A model generated the notes under the pieces. The model was not told where the DNA came from, made no database searches, and saw nothing but the letters and a program-made list of their open reading frames with translations. Positions 59,338 to 64,000 of a stretch of DNA of 64,000 nt are shown here, piece by piece; position 1 is the first letter of the stretch; each line of letters starts with the position of its first letter. Source of the DNA: Candidatus Latescibacterota bacterium (GTDB lineage: Bacteria > Latescibacterota > UBA2968 > GCA-2709665); NCBI GenBank assembly GCA_965116875.1, contig OZ220733.1:2880001-2944000 (forward strand), in the 5' to 3' direction. The translations under genes were made by a program, and so were the position numbers.

Positions 59338-59463
59338 CTCTTAAGGAACACGCCGTAGGCAGGGAATCTGGGGAAGAGGGGATTCCTGGTTTTGGTCTTT
59401 GCGATCAGCGATCAGCCGTCAGCCATAAGTAAAGCCGTCAACACCTGCGCCTGTTGCGCGTCT

Positions 59464-59488
59464 GTAGGGGCACCCCTTGTGGTTGCCC
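59464..59488 (+). repeat. GTAG-class REP element
   Basis: GTAG-GGGCACCC-CTTGT-GGTTGCCC: a GTAG tetranucleotide followed by a GC-rich imperfect palindrome. Confidence 0.6.
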
Positions 59489-59656
59489 GCCTTTTCGCGG
59501 TTTCCTCAAGTCAGAAGTTTCTGGTGTTCCTGTCGCGTATCCTGTATGGTATACACCTGTACGAGAAAAATATCAGTCCAATTTCCCGGTCCCCTTGTTC
59601 AAGGTCCAGATCGCGGGATCCGGAAGGATTCAATCCTTACTCCAGGAGTCACCAAT

Positions 59657-60433
59657 ATGCGCAAAAGCAAACTGCTCGCGAAGCTGCGCGATGGCAAACC
59701 GGCCAAAATCTGCGGACTCGGTCACTTCATACCCGCGTACATCCGCATGGCCGCGAACGCGGGCTACGACTGTATCTGGCTGGACGGGGAGCATCGCTGT
59801 TTCACCGACCGGGAAATCCAGTCGATGCTCGCCTACTTTCACCTTTTCGACATCGACTGCATGTTCCGACCGCCCACCACGGAGAAAACGAGGCTGTATC
59901 GTTATCTGGAGGACGGTGCGACGGGCCTGATGATCCCCCACGTCTCGACGCCGGAGAAGGCGCGGATGCTGGTGGACGCCGTCAAGTTCCCGCCGGTTGG
60001 CGACCGCGGCCAGGACGCGGCCGGGCTCGATGCGGACTTCTATATGTCAGGCGGGGAAACATACGTGGACGATGCCAACCGCGAGACCTTCCTCGTGGTT
60101 CAAATCGAAACGCCCCAGGCTATGGAAAACCTGGACGCGATCGTATCCGTGGAGGGCGTCGACGGGCTGTTCATCGGACCCGGCGACCTCGGTTTGAGGA
60201 TCGACCGGCTGAAACCGGGATTTACGCTTGACGAGGCCGTTCGAAGGGTCGCCGCCGTCGCGGGCGAACGGGGGATGGCGTGGGGCTGTCCGGCGGCGTC
60301 TCCGGATCACGTAAGAGAACTCTACGACATGGGAGCCCGGCTGATCGCCCACGGCAGCGAGTTCTTCGCCCTGACACAGATGCTTGAAGCGTGTTCGGAC
60401 GACCTGGACCGGGTCTACGGCGACGTCGACTGA
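59657..60433 (+). CDS. HpcH/HpaI class II aldolase
   Basis: WLDGEH, GL.IPHV, KFPPVG.RG, QIET, LFIGPGDL. AGGAG RBS. Confidence 0.9.
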   Translation: MRKSKLLAKLRDGKPAKICGLGHFIPAYIRMAANAGYDCIWLDGEHRCFTDREIQSMLAYFHLFDIDCMFRPPTTEKTRLYRYLEDGATGLMIPHVSTPEKARMLVDAVKFPPVGDRGQDAAGLDADFYMSGGETYVDDANRETFLVVQIETPQAMENLDAIVSVEGVDGLFIGPGDLGLRIDRLKPGFTLDEAVRRVAAVAGERGMAWGCPAASPDHVRELYDMGARLIAHGSEFFALTQMLEACSDDLDRVYGDVD

Positions 60434-60450
60434 AGTCCGCGGCCAGTCAC

Positions 60451-61476
60451 TCAGTTCTCCTCGAACCGGGCCAGCAATTCCGCCGCCCGTTCCTTCATCG
60501 CGGGATCGTTGTGCCGCGCGATGATGCGCTGGAGCGCCGAGATGGCGGTTTCGTCTCCCTGCTCGGCCATGTCGAAAGCCATCCGGTCACGCATGTCGTG
60601 GTACCTGTTGTCGTATTCCCTGATCTCCAGTTCGTATTTCTCCCAGTAGTACTTCAGCGATTCGTCCTTCCAGCCCCGATAGATGTTCTCCCAGGTGTTC
60701 GGCTGGCTGTGGGGGAGTATGCTTCCCGGCGCGATGGGATCGCCGGTCCTCTGATATCGCGCGTCGATGGACATGCGGAGCAGGTCGGAACGGTTCGGAA
60801 GGCCCTTGTGAACGAGCATGCTGTGGAAGAAGAGGACGTCGCCCTGCGCGAAAGGACTGTTGACCCATGCGCCTTCGAGGGGATCGGTAATCTCAATACC
60901 CCCGGCTCCCATGGCCGGCTTGAAGTCATACACCCCTTTGCTGTGAGATCCTGCGGCAACCTGCAGGCCGCCCATTTCGGACGGCAGGTCGCTGAGCGGT
61001 ATCCACGCGGTGTACGTTTCGGCCGTCCCCTGGATGGGAATGAAGTCCTGGTGGGCGGGGGTCGTATAGGCCTCCCGTTGAGGAAAGATGGTCCTCGCGA
61101 TAATGCGCGAATGCGGCAGCATCGGCTCACGCGCCATTCGCTCAAGAAGCCTTACGATGTTCGGATGATGCTGGAGCGCGTGAAACGCCTCGATGCTGTA
61201 CATGTCCGCGTACACGTCCATGTAGGCCGGCTCCGGCTCAACGCAGAAACCGTTCAGGTCCGCGATCCCGTCCTCCGGCGGCGTGTCCTTCCTCGCCCAT
61301 CCGGCCTTCCGTGCAATCTCGAGGAACGCCGATCGCAGCGCTTCCAGGATCTCTCGGGGCAACAGGTTTCGGATGAAGAGGTATCCGTCCTCCTGCATGC
61401 GTTCTCGCAGCAGAGGTCCGTTTCCCGCGATGTCCGTTGCATCGTTGAATGGATTCAAAGCCAGTCCTCCCGTCAT
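60451..61476 (-). CDS. Phytanoyl-CoA dioxygenase (PhyH) family protein
   Basis: DGYLFIR, TPAHQD, WIPL, GSH, GDVLFFH...VHK..PN, R.S.D.RY. Confidence 0.9.
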   Translation of the reverse strand: MTGGLALNPFNDATDIAGNGPLLRERMQEDGYLFIRNLLPREILEALRSAFLEIARKAGWARKDTPPEDGIADLNGFCVEPEPAYMDVYADMYSIEAFHALQHHPNIVRLLERMAREPMLPHSRIIARTIFPQREAYTTPAHQDFIPIQGTAETYTAWIPLSDLPSEMGGLQVAAGSHSKGVYDFKPAMGAGGIEITDPLEGAWVNSPFAQGDVLFFHSMLVHKGLPNRSDLLRMSIDARYQRTGDPIAPGSILPHSQPNTWENIYRGWKDESLKYYWEKYELEIREYDNRYHDMRDRMAFDMAEQGDETAISALQRIIARHNDPAMKERAAELLARFEEN

Positions 61477-61502
61477 GCGCGTATGAGACGTATCGTGTGC
61501 GA

Positions 61503-62360
61503 TCAAGTCAGATTGCGGAAGAAGAAGCCCTGTGCCGTTCCCCAAAGAATGGCGTCTTTCTCCGCTGGGCTGAGGAAATCCGCGTGGTCCCGGATCAGCG
61601 CCACGGCAGCGGGGTAGTCGGTCATCGGGTCCTCCATCTCAATGGGTCCGCCGCTGTCGGACTCCCACATGCAGCGATGGGCGCCGTACGCTTCCACCAC
61701 CCTGCGGATCAGCGGCAGGACGTCCAGGTAAGGCGCCCGGCGCGAGCACAGCGCCTGGAGCGGACCGATCTTGACCATCACGTTCCGATGCCGGGCGAAC
61801 CGGAGCAGGGCTTCCAGGTCTTCTTCGCTGTAGTCGGCTTCCCGGATCCCCACGTGGCACACGTGGTCGAGAATGACCGGCGTATCCGGAAATCGGGTAC
61901 ACAACCGGTCCAGGTCCGGCAGCAGATCGACCTGCATATTGAAGCTGAGTGCGAGCTCGTGTTCTGCTCCGGCGGCGAACATCTTTTCGAATGCCGGGTG
62001 ATCCAGTGCGTCGGGCGGTTCGCGAAAGGCCAGACACCCCTGTTGCGAAAGTTCGAGCATGGTCCTGTCCGGCTCCGGATCGTCCAGACTGATCATGCCG
62101 GTGCCCGCGAACGTCTCCGGGTCGCCGGCGATGAGGTCGAGGATGTAGCTGTGATCGTAGTCGTACCAGATCATCTGTACCAGGTTGATGCGCACGTCGC
62201 CCACGGACCGGCTGTAGCTGAAGTACTCCTCCGGCGTGAAGGTTGGATGCCAGAGGTCCTCTTCCCTGACCCTGGGTGACAAAGGGTAGCGGTCGAAATC
62301 GTCCGTCCAAACGTGGATGTGCGCGTCGACGATCCGATGGGAGGATGTCTGGTCTGCCAT
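61503..62360 (-). CDS. Amidohydrolase family protein (Amidohydro_2, possibly a sugar-acid lactonase)
   Basis: IVDAHIHVW, VILDH, YG..RCMWESD. Confidence 0.88.
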   Translation of the reverse strand: MADQTSSHRIVDAHIHVWTDDFDRYPLSPRVREEDLWHPTFTPEEYFSYSRSVGDVRINLVQMIWYDYDHSYILDLIAGDPETFAGTGMISLDDPEPDRTMLELSQQGCLAFREPPDALDHPAFEKMFAAGAEHELALSFNMQVDLLPDLDRLCTRFPDTPVILDHVCHVGIREADYSEEDLEALLRFARHRNVMVKIGPLQALCSRRAPYLDVLPLIRRVVEAYGAHRCMWESDSGGPIEMEDPMTDYPAAVALIRDHADFLSPAEKDAILWGTAQGFFFRNLT

Positions 62361-62504
62361 TGGAACACCCCGTTCGTGGTTCCCTTTGGGGCGCGACACA
62401 TCCGCGACCCTGGTCAACCTTTCCGCCCCTTTTGCGTTGTGCGATCGTATTGGCTATATTTGTCGGTCCTGAAAGAACCTGAATCACGTCGCACGGACTA
62501 CGAT

Positions 62505-63263
62505 ATGGCAAAAGCAAAATACGAAGGCTTGTGGCAACCCGATATGCTGGACCGTTTTCCAATGAATCCGAACGTCATGGTGCGCGACCTGGACCGTGAG
62601 CGGCTGGACCTTCTCCTCACATACGTGGCGGAGACCGGCCGAAGCGAGTCCCTTTCCGCTTTCATATCGGGGATCGTGGATCGTCACCCGAAATATCTGC
62701 GCGTAAAAGAACTCTTCGAGACGTTCGAGGCATACCGGCGCATCGGCCAGGCCGTCTACGAACAGTGGCGCGCGGGCAACGTGGAGACGATATACGACAT
62801 GGCCTGCGGCCACGGTCTGCTGGGCATTCTGCTGGCCTGGCGGTTTCCCGCGCTTCGCGTGGTCTGCGTAGACCTGGAGCGCCGGCCGGCCTTCGACCAC
62901 TACCTGGAGATCGTACGCGAGCAGGCGGTGCCGATGGAGAACGTGGAATACATCGAAAGGGACTTCAATGACGTGGAGTTGGGCCCGAGGTCCTACGTCA
63001 TCTGCATCCATGCCTGCAACGAGGGTACCCGGGATGCCCTGGAGATGGCCGGCGCGGCGAACGCGTGTTTTGCGGCCATGCCCTGCTGCATCCGGGACCG
63101 GCTGTACCTGCGCCGGATCAACCACCTGGACGATGACGCGCGATACACGGCGGCCGTTGGCGTTATCGCAGGCAGGTACGGGGCCTACAAGATCACCGCG
63201 ATCGACGATCGCATCACCAACCGCAACCTCATCCTCCTCGGCGCGCCCGCGCCGTCATCGTGA
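62505..63263 (+). CDS. SAM-dependent methyltransferase (Methyltransf_32-like)
   Basis: DMACGHGLL, IHAC, MPCC motifs. Confidence 0.8.
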   Translation: MAKAKYEGLWQPDMLDRFPMNPNVMVRDLDRERLDLLLTYVAETGRSESLSAFISGIVDRHPKYLRVKELFETFEAYRRIGQAVYEQWRAGNVETIYDMACGHGLLGILLAWRFPALRVVCVDLERRPAFDHYLEIVREQAVPMENVEYIERDFNDVELGPRSYVICIHACNEGTRDALEMAGAANACFAAMPCCIRDRLYLRRINHLDDDARYTAAVGVIAGRYGAYKITAIDDRITNRNLILLGAPAPSS

Positions 63264-63344
63264 CCCACGAAACGCAATGCCGCCCCGGACTGCCGGCCTC
63301 GTCCAGTCCCTCGCGCCGCATCGGTCTTACCCGAACGCCGTCTC

Positions 63345-64000
63345 TCACCACCGGAAGTCCGGCGCTCCCGCCTCGAAGGCGGCGGCCGACGCCATCATTG
63401 TCTCCAGGTCTCCCCTGGGACGGTACCCGATCAGGGATTTCGCTTTCGTGACGTCGTGATCGTACATCCAGCGCACGGGTACCGTTACTTCCAGGGGCTC
63501 CCGTCCCCTGATCTCGCCGAGCAGCCGTGCGCCCTCCGGATACGTGAAGGGAGCGGGGGCGCCGCCGTTGAACGACTCGCCAACCGCATTCGGAGACCGC
63601 AGGGCGCACACGATGCACTGCGCAATATCCCGCGCGTCATTCGGCTGATAGTACCAGGGTCGCCCGGCCTCGTCCCGGACGGCGCACGGCTGATCAGGAT
63701 CTTCGGCCCGCGCCTCGATCTCGTGCCAGAGTTCGGTACCGTCGTGCATATACATTTCCGTACGCGGACCCGCCTGTCCCGCTTTCAATATCGCGCAGAC
63801 CCGTCCAGCCGTGAACTGATCGAAAATCGCGCTGCCGGACAGCACGTGGCTGGGCCGAACGATGGAAATCCGCAGCCCGGTCTCACGGGACGTCCGTTCC
63901 GCCATCAGTTCCCCGATATACTTGGACAGGGAATACTCGTTATCGGGCCGCTTGGGATGCAACTCGTCCACGGGATGGTAGGCGCAGGCGATGTTCTCGC
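63345..64000 (-). CDS. NAD-dependent epimerase/dehydratase, 3' part (5' end outside the window)
   Basis: DE.HP..P...YSLSK..GE, RPSHV, D..KAK.LIGY.P. Confidence 0.85.
   Translation of the reverse strand, partial: ENIACAYHPVDELHPKRPDNEYSLSKYIGELMAERTSRETGLRISIVRPSHVLSGSAIFDQFTAGRVCAILKAGQAGPRTEMYMHDGTELWHEIEARAEDPDQPCAVRDEAGRPWYYQPNDARDIAQCIVCALRSPNAVGESFNGGAPAPFTYPEGARLLGEIRGREPLEVTVPVRWMYDHDVTKAKSLIGYRPRGDLETMMASAAAFEAGAPDFRW

Noticed and set aside
39984-59488. CRISPR array or attC cassette array from the intergenic repeats
   Set aside because: The copies are dispersed, in mixed orientation and not regularly spaced; there are no cas or integrase genes and no consistent RYYYAAC/GTTRRRY ends.

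Overview
GC-rich bacterial chromosomal window with about 43 genes. I saw no rRNA, tRNA, CRISPR array or intact transposase. The gene content (expanded DUF6785-type membrane proteins, PhyH dioxygenases, GWxTD proteins, Chlamydia/spirochete-type topoisomerase IV) suggests a Latescibacterota/Gemmatimonadota/Poribacteria-like lineage; this is inference. (1) 1-22 kb: probable acidic-glycan utilisation locus with a beta-helix/PKD enzyme, three DUF6785-like transporters, a CUT1 sugar ABC transporter, two heparinase II/III-like proteins (one frameshifted), uxuA and a nitrilase, interrupted by an MNT antitoxin plus a HEPN stub. (2) 22-45 kb: five paralogous secreted TPR-GWxTD proteins downstream of an ECF sigma/ZAS anti-sigma pair, with a large GNAT protein and a YtrA-type ABC operon in between. 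(3) 45-55 kb: PhyH-HEAT, twin beta-helix lipoproteins, YtoQ, parE-parC and an SDR. (4) 55.2-56.3 kb: an ORF split by the six-frame track that reads as one 396-aa thioredoxin-like selenoprotein (CxU, in-frame TGA plus SECIS-like hairpin). (5) 57-64 kb: catabolic enzymes. The intergenic spaces hold several MITE/REP-like repeat families. All family assignments come from motif recognition, not database searches.
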